From positions 24,744-48,743 of the forward strand of contig CATKXO010000007.1 in NCBI GenBank assembly GCA_949840775.1: 24,000 nt of DNA, read 5' to 3'. How positions within the stretch are numbered: the stretch's first letter is position 1; every line of letters starts with the position of its first letter. Of this stretch, positions 1 to 7,421 are shown piece after piece. The position numbers and the translations under genes are program-made. Under the pieces are notes generated by a model. That model was given only the letters and a program-made list of their open reading frames with translations, did no database searches and was not told the origin of the DNA. Source of the stretch: an uncultured bacterium (lineage in GTDB: Bacteria > Bacillota > Clostridia > Oscillospirales > Oscillospiraceae).

Positions 1-1
1 A

Positions 2-1111
2 TTCAACCACACCGGCTATGTGAGCCGCTACTTCAACGGCGACGGCTTTTACTCTGAGACGGGGGCCCTCCAGAGCCAGGATTCCCCCTACTACTCCTGG
101 TTCAGCTTTACCCAGTGGCCCCAGAAATACGACAGCTGGTGGGGCATCTACTCCCTGCCCGCCGTTAATGAGAACGACCCGGGCTACCGGGACTTCATCT
201 TCGGCAGCGAGGACAGCGTGGTCCGCCGGTGGCTGCGGGCGGGGGCGGACGGTTGGCGGCTGGACGTAGCCGACGAGCTGCCCGACGACTTTGTGGCGGG
301 CATCCATCAGGCCGCCCGGACGGAGAAGCCCAACGCCGTCATCATCGGCGAGGTGTGGGAGGACGGCTCCACCAAGATCGCCTACGGGGTGCGTCGGAAG
401 CACATCCTGGGGGGACACTGCGACGGGCTGATGAACTACCCCCTGCGCTCCGCCATCCTGTCCTTCTTCCAGGGGGGCGGAGGGGAGGCCTTTGTCAAGG
501 GGATGGAGACCATCCGGGAGAATTACCCCGCCTTCGCCTTCTACTCCGCCATGAACTCTCTGGACACCCACGACACCCCCCGCCTGCTTACCCTGCTGGG
601 GGCCGGGGGGGAGTACCGGGACCAGAGCAAGGAGTGGCGGGCCCAGTTCAGGCTGTCCCCCAAGCAGCGGGCCAAGGGCCGGGCCCTGCTGAAGGCCGCC
701 GCCCTGCTGATGTTCTGCTTCCCCGGCTCCCCCACGGTGTATTACGGGGACGAGGCGGGGATGGAGGGCTTTGAGGACCCCTTCAACCGCCAAACCTACC
801 CCTGGGGCCGGGAGGACCGGGAGCTGCTGGAGTGGTACCGGGCCCTGGGCCGCCTGCGCAGCCGGCATCCCGCCCTGCGCCGGGGGAGTATCCGGTATCT
901 CCAGGGCAAGGGGCCCCTGCTGGTCTTTCTCCGGGAGACCGGTGACGAGCGGCTGCTGTGCGCCTTTAACGCCGGGGAGGAAGAGCACGCTTTCCCCTTC
1001 GACGGCGGTAGGCTGTTCCCCCTGATGGGCCGGCCCCAGTTCTCCCAGATGGACGGGCTGTATACCGTCGCCCTGCCCCCCCGTTCGGGCGCGGTGTTCT
1101 CCATTAAATAA
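2..1111 (+). CDS. Glycoside hydrolase family 13 alpha-amylase-like enzyme (alpha-glucosidase/neopullulanase type), truncated at 5' by the window edge
   Basis: The reading frame is open from base 2 (FNHTGYVSRYF..., GH13 conserved region I 'NH'). It contains 'GWRLDVADELP' (region II), 'IIGEVWED' (region III) and 'LDTHDTPR' (region IV-like). The listed GTG start at 20 is only an internal Val. Confidence 0.93.
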   Translation, partial: FNHTGYVSRYFNGDGFYSETGALQSQDSPYYSWFSFTQWPQKYDSWWGIYSLPAVNENDPGYRDFIFGSEDSVVRRWLRAGADGWRLDVADELPDDFVAGIHQAARTEKPNAVIIGEVWEDGSTKIAYGVRRKHILGGHCDGLMNYPLRSAILSFFQGGGGEAFVKGMETIRENYPAFAFYSAMNSLDTHDTPRLLTLLGAGGEYRDQSKEWRAQFRLSPKQRAKGRALLKAAALLMFCFPGSPTVYYGDEAGMEGFEDPFNRQTYPWGREDRELLEWYRALGRLRSRHPALRRGSIRYLQGKGPLLVFLRETGDERLLCAFNAGEEEHAFPFDGGRLFPLMGRPQFSQMDGLYTVALPPRSGAVFSIK

Positions 1112-1116
1112 ACACA

Positions 1117-1149
1117 ACAGCCCCGCCAGGCGCTTGCCGGCGGGGCTGT
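1117..1149 (+). terminator. Hairpin downstream of the GH13 gene (possible terminator, weak T-tract)
   Basis: acagccccgcc (1117-1127) / ggcggggctgt (1139-1149), a perfect 11-bp stem followed by gctcttaacttgttt. Confidence 0.6.
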
Positions 1150-1164
1150 GCTCTTAACTTGTTT

Positions 1165-1205
1165 GGGCGGGCCGGCGAGGGCGCCGGCCCCTACAGGGCC
1201 GCCCG
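1165..1205. repeat. Palindromic GC-rich intergenic repeat-like element overlapping the 3' end of the ATPase gene
   Basis: gggcgggccggcgagggcgccggcccctacagggccgcccg. Inner stem gccggcg/cgccggc (1171-1177/1182-1188) with partially complementary outer arms. Confidence 0.45.
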
Positions 1206-3836
1206 TTCCCGCTCCGGAGCAGGCTTTTTCCCCCTGCGGCCCGCGGCCTTGGCCCACTCGCAGATTGGGATGGGGGCTGCGGCCAGGGCCAGGACGGTAC
1301 ACCACTGGGGGATGTCCATGGGGACGACGGAAAACACCCCCTGGAGAGGCGGAACCAACAGTACGGACAGCTGCATGGCCAGTCCCGCCAGGAACGCCCG
1401 GTTCATGGCCGGATTGGAGAAAACCCCCTGGGAAAAGAGGGAGCGCTCCTCGCTGCGGACGTTGAACGCGTGGAACAGCTGGCACAGGGTAAGGGTAGCG
1501 AAAGCCATGGTGTTGGCTGCGGCCCCCTCCATCCCCGGAGCGGCCAGCCGGGTAAAGCCCAGAAAATAGGCCGCCAGGGTGAGCCCCCCCACCATCAGCC
1601 CCTGCCAGGCCAGACGGAGGGAAAACCTGCGGTCAAAGAGCCCGGCTGCGGCGTTCCGGGGGGCCTCCTCCATCACGCCCTCCTCCACCGGCTCCACTCC
1701 CAGGGCCAGGGCGGGGAGGGAGTCGGTGACCAGGTTGAGCCAAAGCAGCTGCACCGGCACCAGGGGCATCTGCCCGAAGTCCAGCAGCGTGGCCGCGAAG
1801 ATGGTGAAAATCTCCCCGATGTTGCAGGAGAGCAGGTAGTGGATGGCCTTGCGGATGTTGGAGTAGATCCCCCGGCCCTCCTCAATGGCGGAGACAATGG
1901 TGGAGAAGTTGTCGTCGGTGAGGACCATGTCCGCCGCCCCCTTGGCCACGTCGGTGCCCGTCCTGCCCATGGCGCAGCCGATGTCGGCGGCCTTCAGCGC
2001 CGGGGCGTCATTCACCCCGTCCCCCGTCATGGCCACCACCTGGCCCCGCTTCTGCCAGGCCTGGACGATGCGCATTTTGTGCTCCGGAGACACCCGGGCG
2101 AAGACGGCAAACCGGTGGATATCCTGCTCCAGCAGCTCCTGGGGCATGAAGTCCAGCTCCGCGCCCGTCACCGCCCAGTCTCCGGGATGGGCGATGTCCA
2201 GCTCCTTGGCGATGGCCACCGCTGTGGCCCGGTGATCGCCGGTAATCATCACCGGCCGCACCCCCGCCAGGTGGCACTTGGCCACCGCCGCCCGCACCTC
2301 GGGCCGGGGCGGGTCCATCAGGCCGAAAAGGCCCAGAAAGGTCAGGCCGCTCTCCACCGTCCGGGGCTCCGGGTCCTGGGGCAGGGAGCGAAGCTCCCGC
2401 CGGGCCACGGCGATCACCCGCAGGGCCTTGCCCGCCATCTCCTCGTTGGCGGCGGTGATTCTGGCCCGGTCCCCCTGGGACAGGGGACCCTGGGGGGTGC
2501 TGACACACCGGCCCAGCAGCACGTCGGGGGCCCCCTTTACAAAGGCGACCCAGCCCCCCGACCGGCCGGTATGTATGGTCGTCATCAGCTTGCGGGCAGA
2601 GTCGAAGGGGAGGTCGGCCACCCGCGGAAAATGCTCCAGCTCCCGGGCCTGGTCCACGCCGTCCCGGGCGGCGGCCACCACCAGCGCCCCCTCGGTGGGG
2701 TCGCCGGAGGCGGTGGGGGCCCCGGCCTTCCAGTTCAGCCGGGCGTCGGAGCAGAGGCAGCCCGCCACCATGGCGTCCCGCCGCCGGGCTCCGGGGGTGA
2801 GCCACAGCTGCTGCACCGTCATCCGGTTCTGGGTAAGGGTGCCCGTCTTGTCGGAGCAGATCACCCCGGCACAGCCCAGGGTCTCCACGGCGGGGAGCTT
2901 TTTCACAATGGCGTTTTTATCCGCCAGCCGCTGGACCCCCAGGGCCAGCACAATGGTGACAATGGCGGGCAGGCCCTCGGGGATGGCGGCCACCGCCAGG
3001 GAGACGGCGGTGAGGAACATGTCCAGAATGCCCTTCCCCTGAAACAGCCCCACCCCGAACATCACCGCGCACACCGACAGGCACAGAAAGGACAGGGACT
3101 TTGAAATCTCCCCCATCCGCTTTTGGAGCGGGGTCTCCCCCTCGCCGCTGGCCAGCAGCAGACCGGCAATCTGGCCCATTTGGGTGTCCATGCCGGTGGC
3201 CACCACCAGGGCCGTCCCCCGGCCGGCAGTAACCAGCGTTCCAGAAATCAGCATATTGACCCGGTCCCCCAGGGGAGTGTCCGCAGGGAGGGCCTCCGCC
3301 GCCTGCTTCTCCACCGGAACCGACTCCCCCGTCATGGCCGACTCGTCGGCCTGGAGGCGGCTGCACTCCATAATCCGGGCGTCGGCGGGGACCTGGTCCC
3401 CGGCCTCCAGGAGGATGACATCCCCAGGCACCAGGGCGGAGGCGGCCACCTTGTGGGGCAGGCCCTCCCGCAGCACATTGGCCTGGGGGGAGGACATCCG
3501 CCGCAGCTCCTCCAGGGCCTGCTGGGCGTGGTCCTCCTGGGTGATGGAAATGACGCCGTTGACTACCACGATGACCAGGATGATGACCCCGTCCAGCCAG
3601 TCCTCCCCGCCGCTGGCCAGCAGAGACAGGGCCGCCGCTGCCAGGAGCACCAGAATCATGGGGTCCTTCAGCTGGCCCAAAATCCGGATCAGCAGACTGG
3701 GAGGCTCCGGCTGGGCCAGCAGATTGGGGCCGTATTTCTCCAGGCGCTGGGCGGCCTCCCGCTCCGTCAGCCCCTGGGAGCGGCTGCCCAGCTCCTTCAT
3801 CACCTGGGCAAGCCGCCTGCTATGCCAGTCGCCCAT
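1191..3836 (-). CDS. Cation-translocating P-type ATPase, Ca2+ transporter type
   Basis: TGES, PEGLPA, DKTGTLT, MITGDH and GDGVNDAPAL motifs. The listed ORF start (3884) is upstream of the likely one: residue 17 (MGDWHSRRL, ATG at 3836) follows a good RBS (ggaaggggg). Confidence 0.95.
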   Translation of the reverse strand: MGDWHSRRLAQVMKELGSRSQGLTEREAAQRLEKYGPNLLAQPEPPSLLIRILGQLKDPMILVLLAAAALSLLASGGEDWLDGVIILVIVVVNGVISITQEDHAQQALEELRRMSSPQANVLREGLPHKVAASALVPGDVILLEAGDQVPADARIMECSRLQADESAMTGESVPVEKQAAEALPADTPLGDRVNMLISGTLVTAGRGTALVVATGMDTQMGQIAGLLLASGEGETPLQKRMGEISKSLSFLCLSVCAVMFGVGLFQGKGILDMFLTAVSLAVAAIPEGLPAIVTIVLALGVQRLADKNAIVKKLPAVETLGCAGVICSDKTGTLTQNRMTVQQLWLTPGARRRDAMVAGCLCSDARLNWKAGAPTASGDPTEGALVVAAARDGVDQARELEHFPRVADLPFDSARKLMTTIHTGRSGGWVAFVKGAPDVLLGRCVSTPQGPLSQGDRARITAANEEMAGKALRVIAVARRELRSLPQDPEPRTVESGLTFLGLFGLMDPPRPEVRAAVAKCHLAGVRPVMITGDHRATAVAIAKELDIAHPGDWAVTGAELDFMPQELLEQDIHRFAVFARVSPEHKMRIVQAWQKRGQVVAMTGDGVNDAPALKAADIGCAMGRTGTDVAKGAADMVLTDDNFSTIVSAIEEGRGIYSNIRKAIHYLLSCNIGEIFTIFAATLLDFGQMPLVPVQLLWLNLVTDSLPALALGVEPVEEGVMEEAPRNAAAGLFDRRFSLRLAWQGLMVGGLTLAAYFLGFTRLAAPGMEGAAANTMAFATLTLCQLFHAFNVRSEERSLFSQGVFSNPAMNRAFLAGLAMQLSVLLVPPLQGVFSVVPMDIPQWCTVLALAAAPIPICEWAKAAGRRGKKPAPERERAAL

Positions 3837-3910
3837 CCCATCTCCCCCTTCCAATTTCTTCCAGTATAGCGGGTGCCTGTCCATTTTTCAGGGAAAATTT
3901 GTCGAGGGAT

Positions 3911-3945
3911 AAAAAATCTCCCGCCGGAATTATCCTTCCGGCGGG
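3911..3945 (-). terminator. Rho-independent terminator of the 3930-4394 gene
   Basis: On the minus strand cccgccgga-N8-tccggcggg (3945-3920), then agatttttt. The upstream stem arm overlaps the last codons (PPEG) of the CDS. Confidence 0.75.
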
Positions 3946-4394
3946 CTGGTTTCGGCTATCGACGCTTGAACCCAATCATACTCCTGTTTTAAAAAACCGT
4001 TGTACCGCTCCATAAAGTCAAACACCATGTTAAGGTTTTTTTCCCCGCTCTCCGGGGAATTTCCCCTTATCGAACCCATAAAACCGCGAAATACATCTTG
4101 AATAAATGTGGTAAAGGTCAGCTCCCGGTAGATTTGACAGCATTTTCTGTTGCAAAATATTTTTCCCTCCCGGGTGAGCTCCCTCTCCGGATCGGTCATC
4201 TCCGAAGGCTCCAACAGTGAGCGGAGTTTATTGCTGAGCTCTTTGAACTCAATCAATTTGTCCAACAGCTCCCGCTGTAAAATCAAACATTCCATGTCGT
4301 CCCACATAATCTGCGCCTGAACATCCTTGCGCTGTTCGATTATTTTTTTTATCTTCTGCCAGCCCCGCTCCTTACTCTCTTTGTCCATAATCAT
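3930..4394 (-). CDS. Hypothetical protein, 154 aa, predicted mainly helical, lower GC
   Basis: Intact ORF with an upstream ggggg-rich RBS and a consensus-like promoter. No family recognised. Confidence 0.7.
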   Translation of the reverse strand: MIMDKESKERGWQKIKKIIEQRKDVQAQIMWDDMECLILQRELLDKLIEFKELSNKLRSLLEPSEMTDPERELTREGKIFCNRKCCQIYRELTFTTFIQDVFRGFMGSIRGNSPESGEKNLNMVFDFMERYNGFLKQEYDWVQASIAETSPPEG

Positions 4395-4443
4395 CCCCCC
4401 TCAAATTTCTTCAATAGGAGATTATATCCCCTTAATAAAAAAG

Positions 4444-4473
4444 ATTATAACCCTCATACTTGATTTATGTCAA
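4444..4473 (-). promoter_or_regulatory. SigmaA-type promoter for the 154-aa gene with a dyad over the -35
   Basis: TTGACA (4473-4468), 18-nt spacer, TATAAT (4449-4444). Dyad CTTGA-N6-TCAAG at 4459-4474. Confidence 0.6.
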
Positions 4474-4487
4474 GAGGGGATGTTCTG

Positions 4488-4694
4488 ATGATTGTATTCG
4501 ATGGACTCTGGAAAATAGTAACCGAGCGTGGAATGAGCACATATGCTTTGAAAGAAAAAGCTGGGATTGACAACAAAACAATCCGTCGGCTTCGGGCAAA
4601 TGATAACGTAGAAACCAAAACCTTAAATAAACTTTGTAGTGCGTTATCCTGCAAACTAGAGGATATAGCGGAATTTATAGAAGATGAAACATAA
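4488..4694 (+). CDS. Small Cro/C1-type HTH regulator
   Basis: MIVFDGLWKIVTERGMSTYALKEKAGIDNKTIRRLRANDNVETKTLNKLCSALSCKLEDIAEFIEDET, a HTH-like fold pattern. The ATG at 4488 has agagggg upstream and is preferred over the listed 4467. Confidence 0.8.
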   Translation: MIVFDGLWKIVTERGMSTYALKEKAGIDNKTIRRLRANDNVETKTLNKLCSALSCKLEDIAEFIEDET

Positions 4695-4722
4695 TCCTCC
4701 AGAGTTGTCTGGAGGATTTTTC
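4693..4722 (+). terminator. Rho-independent terminator
   Basis: aatcctccaga-gttg-tctggaggatt, a perfect 11-bp stem plus T-tract. Confidence 0.85.
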
Positions 4723-4734
4723 TGCGCTTTTATC

Positions 4735-4763
4735 TTGACTCTATAAAGAAATTCGGGTATAAT
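4735..4763 (+). promoter_or_regulatory. SigmaA-type promoter for the TA pair
   Basis: TTGACT (4735-4740), 17-nt spacer, TATAAT (4758-4763). Confidence 0.75.
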
Positions 4764-4788
4764 TTATGTATCAAAAGGAGGTGCTGTT

Positions 4789-5055
4789 ATGCCCCACATT
4801 CGTTCCAGCGCGGACCTGCGCAACAATTACAACGAAATATCCACCTTCTGTCACGATCACATGGAACCGGTGTTCATCACCAAAAACGGCCGGGGGGACT
4901 TGGCTGTGATGAGTATAGAGACGTACGACGCGCTTTTAGAAACAACGGCGATCGATGCCGCAATTTTCCGCGCCGAACAGGAACTTGCCAATGGCGGCGA
5001 GCTGGTGAACGCTGAGGAGGTTCTGACATCCCTTCGGAGGAAGTACTTTGGATAA
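4789..5055 (+). CDS. Type II toxin-antitoxin system antitoxin, Phd/YefM family
   Basis: MPHIRSSADLRNNYNEISTFCHDHMEPVFITKNGRGDLAVMSIETYDALLET is a typical Phd/YefM N-terminus. It overlaps the toxin gene. Confidence 0.9.
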   Translation: MPHIRSSADLRNNYNEISTFCHDHMEPVFITKNGRGDLAVMSIETYDALLETTAIDAAIFRAEQELANGGELVNAEEVLTSLRRKYFG

Positions 5056-5350
5056 TTACGCGGTAAAGTTATCTCCAGGGGCCGTCCGTGATCTGGAACA
5101 GATTTATGATTATATCGCAAAACACCTTCTGGAACCGGGCACAGCCGAACATATGGCAAACCGTCTGGAGCAAGGCATTCTCAGCCTGAAGCGGATGCCG
5201 GAGCGAAACCCCATCCGCCAGATGGGCATTTATGCCGGCCACAGCTATCGTCAATTGTTTGTTCAGAAGTATGTCATTGTATACCGGGTGTTCAGGGAGA
5301 AAAAAGAGGTCCATATTATGACAGTGCGCTACGCGCCCAGCCAATTTTAG
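5048..5350 (+). CDS. Type II toxin-antitoxin system toxin, RelE/ParE family
   Basis: ParE/RelE-like 'AVRDLEQIYDYIAKHL...MPERNPIR...YRQLFVQKYVIVYRVFREKKEVHIMTVRYAPSQF'. It overlaps the antitoxin by 8 nt. Confidence 0.9.
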   Translation: MDNYAVKLSPGAVRDLEQIYDYIAKHLLEPGTAEHMANRLEQGILSLKRMPERNPIRQMGIYAGHSYRQLFVQKYVIVYRVFREKKEVHIMTVRYAPSQF

Positions 5351-5355
5351 ATGTC

Positions 5356-5386
5356 AGCCCCGGAGCTTCCGCTCCGGGGCTTTTTT
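5356..5386 (+). terminator. Rho-independent terminator after the TA pair
   Basis: agccccggagc-ttcc-gctccggggct, a perfect 11-bp stem plus a T-run. Confidence 0.85.
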
Positions 5387-6554
5387 ATTTTTTCATCTCC
5401 AGCAGCGTCCTGGCCACGTTGTCCGCCCAGAGGCGGCCGCCGGCGATGGCCTCTGACAGGGTGTTGCCGTGGCCCCCCACCTCCACCAGCACAGAGCCGG
5501 CGCACAGCTGCTGGTTGTACCGGCTCTTGCGCAGAACGGTGGGCCGGACCAGGCTGGTATACCCCTTCACCAGGTTCCGCTGCAGCTTCAGGGCGAAGGC
5601 CATATTGTCCTTCCACCGGGGGTGGGCCGCTCCTCCGGCGTCGGTGCCCAGCACCATCATCACCTGGGCCACCTTCTGCCCCGCCTCGGTGGACACCATC
5701 TTGTACACCTCTCCCCCGCTCCCCACCAGGGCGTCCCGGTGAACATCAAAAACCACTTTGATGGAGGGGTATTTCTCCAGCCACTGCTCCACCACCGCGT
5801 AGGACCGGTCGTATGCCCCGTTATAGGCGGGGTAGTCGCACAGGGTTGTGTCGTGGACCACCTGAAAGCCGTAGGCCCGGAAGACGGTGGCCATCTCCTC
5901 CCCCACCCGGACCACGTTGTGGGTGCAGTCAGTGGTGCGGTAGGGGTCGCTCTCCTCGTAGAGGTCCCCATCGGTCATGGAGTAGGCCTCGCTGCCGTGG
6001 GTGTGGACAATCAAGATCTGCGGCCCCTCACCCAGGGGGACATCCACCGTCCCCTCCTGAAGCAGGGAGGAGTCCAGCGTCAGCTCAGTGCGGTTGTAGA
6101 CATACACCCCGCCGTCCCGGAGGTACTGGCTGCCCTCCTTGCCCTGGCCGGTCATCTCCACAATGCCCTCCCCGTCAGGGGCGGGGCGCAGGTCGGGCTG
6201 CTCTATGTCCTCGCCGTCGGACAGTCCCGGCTCCTCCTGCCCGCCGGGGTCCGGGCTGTCCCGGCCGGCCCGCAGCTCCAGCACCGCCCCCTCTCCCAGC
6301 CTTAACAGCGGGGAGCCTTTCAGCAGCAGACGGCCCCAGCCGGTCAGACCCCTCTCCTCCCCGGGGAGCACCCCCAGCTGGGACTTCATCAGCGACACCG
6401 CCAGGGCGGGCTCCTCCCCCAGCTCCGCCAGCCGGCCCCCCACGCCGCTGAAGTCCGCCGTCAGGCTCACCCCCCAGGCCGCCGTCAGCACCAGGCCCAG
6501 CGCCACCCCCCGGCGCAGAGACCGCCCGATCCAGCCTGTCCCTCTGTCCCCCAT
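5385..6554 (-). CDS. spoIIP: Stage II sporulation protein P
   Basis: Conserved 'ILIVHTHGSEAY', 'VVFDVHRDAL', 'FALKLQRNL' and 'LVEVGGHGNTLSEA' blocks. RBS aaggag before the ATG at 6554. Confidence 0.93.
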   Translation of the reverse strand: MGDRGTGWIGRSLRRGVALGLVLTAAWGVSLTADFSGVGGRLAELGEEPALAVSLMKSQLGVLPGEERGLTGWGRLLLKGSPLLRLGEGAVLELRAGRDSPDPGGQEEPGLSDGEDIEQPDLRPAPDGEGIVEMTGQGKEGSQYLRDGGVYVYNRTELTLDSSLLQEGTVDVPLGEGPQILIVHTHGSEAYSMTDGDLYEESDPYRTTDCTHNVVRVGEEMATVFRAYGFQVVHDTTLCDYPAYNGAYDRSYAVVEQWLEKYPSIKVVFDVHRDALVGSGGEVYKMVSTEAGQKVAQVMMVLGTDAGGAAHPRWKDNMAFALKLQRNLVKGYTSLVRPTVLRKSRYNQQLCAGSVLVEVGGHGNTLSEAIAGGRLWADNVARTLLEMKK

Positions 6555-6641
6555 AGTACCACTCCTTATCCTGCGTAAGAAATTCCTGTTGTACCTACTC
6601 TATGACGGCCGGGGAACGGATATGACAGGCGGAAATCTTCC

Positions 6642-6670
6642 TTGTGTTTTCCAAAAAGTAATAGTATAAT
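6642..6670 (+). promoter_or_regulatory. SigmaA-type promoter upstream of the truncated miaB
   Basis: TTGTGT (6642-6647), 17-nt spacer, TATAAT (6665-6670). Confidence 0.55.
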
Positions 6671-6712
6671 GTACTGGTTAAACGAGCACTGAAATGCACC
6701 CTGGAGGTTTTT

Positions 6713-6856
6713 ATGGAACGCACCGCTGTTATTTCCCCGGAGGACATCGCCCTTCAAATGGCCCACTGCCAGGCGGTAGCCCGGCTTACCGCCCAGTGGG
6801 AGGAAAAGCCCCTGGCCTTTGTAGACACCTACGGCTGCCCTAATGTACGAGATTAG
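6713..6856 (+). pseudogene. miaB: Truncated 5' fragment of miaB (tRNA-2-methylthio-N6-dimethylallyladenosine synthase)
   Basis: Translation by hand: MERTAVISPEDIALQMAHCQAVARLTAQWEEKPLAFVDTYGCPNVRD*. It matches the MiaB N-terminal pattern up to 'DTYGC', which is normally followed by QQN/QMN and the UPF0004 domain, then diverges and stops. RBS ctggagg upstream. Too short for the supplied track. Confidence 0.65.
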
Positions 6857-6876
6857 CTGATTTTGAATAAGTCTTG

Positions 6877-6907
6877 AAACGCCTGGATTTTTTCCAGGCG
6901 TTTTCTT
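6877..6907 (+). terminator. Rho-independent terminator
   Basis: aaacgcctgga-ttttt-tccaggcgttt, a perfect 11-bp stem followed by tctttt. Confidence 0.85.
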
Positions 6908-7220
6908 TTCACCTACATAATTAACGGCATTGTTAAAGTTAATAAAAAATTTAAAAAAATTAACTAAAACACTTGACGATTACCGTTTGGTAAGTTAATC
7001 ATATAAGCATGGAACATGAAATAACCGAAAGGCAACTCTTGACGGCTTCTGCCTGCTTTCCGCATCTCCACAATTTCTGCTTCTATTAGTTTCATATTTG
7101 TCCGTTTTTACTGGGGCGGTTCACATTTGGTAGGCCGGTGCCGGGTTTCGTTTTGCGCAAGGTAAAACCGTTGGACAAACAGCTGTTCAGGAGGTATAAT
7201 GGCTCAAAGGAGTGATCGCG

Positions 7221-7379
7221 ATGCCGAAAATTGACGCCCAGCTGGGAATCCGGGTGACCAAAGACCTGAAAGCCCGCCTGACCGCCCAGGCCAGGAGCGA
7301 GATGAAAAGCGTCTCCACCCTGGTGGTCCAAGTGATGGAGGCATATCTGGAATCGGTAGGAAACGGAAAAAAGGAGTAA
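7221..7379 (+). CDS. Small ribbon-helix-helix (Arc-like) protein, 52 aa
   Basis: Read by hand: MPKIDAQLGIRVTKDLKARLTAQARSEMKSVSTLVVQVMEAYLESVGNGKKE*, with 'aaaggag' RBS 8 nt upstream. Not in the supplied ORF list (below its size cut-off). Confidence 0.7.
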   Translation: MPKIDAQLGIRVTKDLKARLTAQARSEMKSVSTLVVQVMEAYLESVGNGKKE

Positions 7380-7384
7380 AAGGA

Positions 7385-7414
7385 CCCGCCCGGCGCAGTT
7401 TTGCGCCGGGCGGG
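7385..7414. terminator. Hairpin between the convergent RHH gene and ileS
   Basis: cccgcccggcgca-gttt-tgcgccgggcggg, a perfect 13-bp stem. No strong T-tract. Confidence 0.55.
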
Positions 7415-7421
7415 GTTGCTA

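Noticed and set aside
1470-3104. 544-aa plus-strand ORF opposite the P-type ATPase
   Set aside because: Shadow ORF of the ATPase with low-complexity G/H/P/Q-rich composition.
4789-5350. Novel defence system beside the HTH locus
   Set aside because: The two genes are ordinary Phd/YefM and RelE/ParE family members. No additional defence-type genes flank them.
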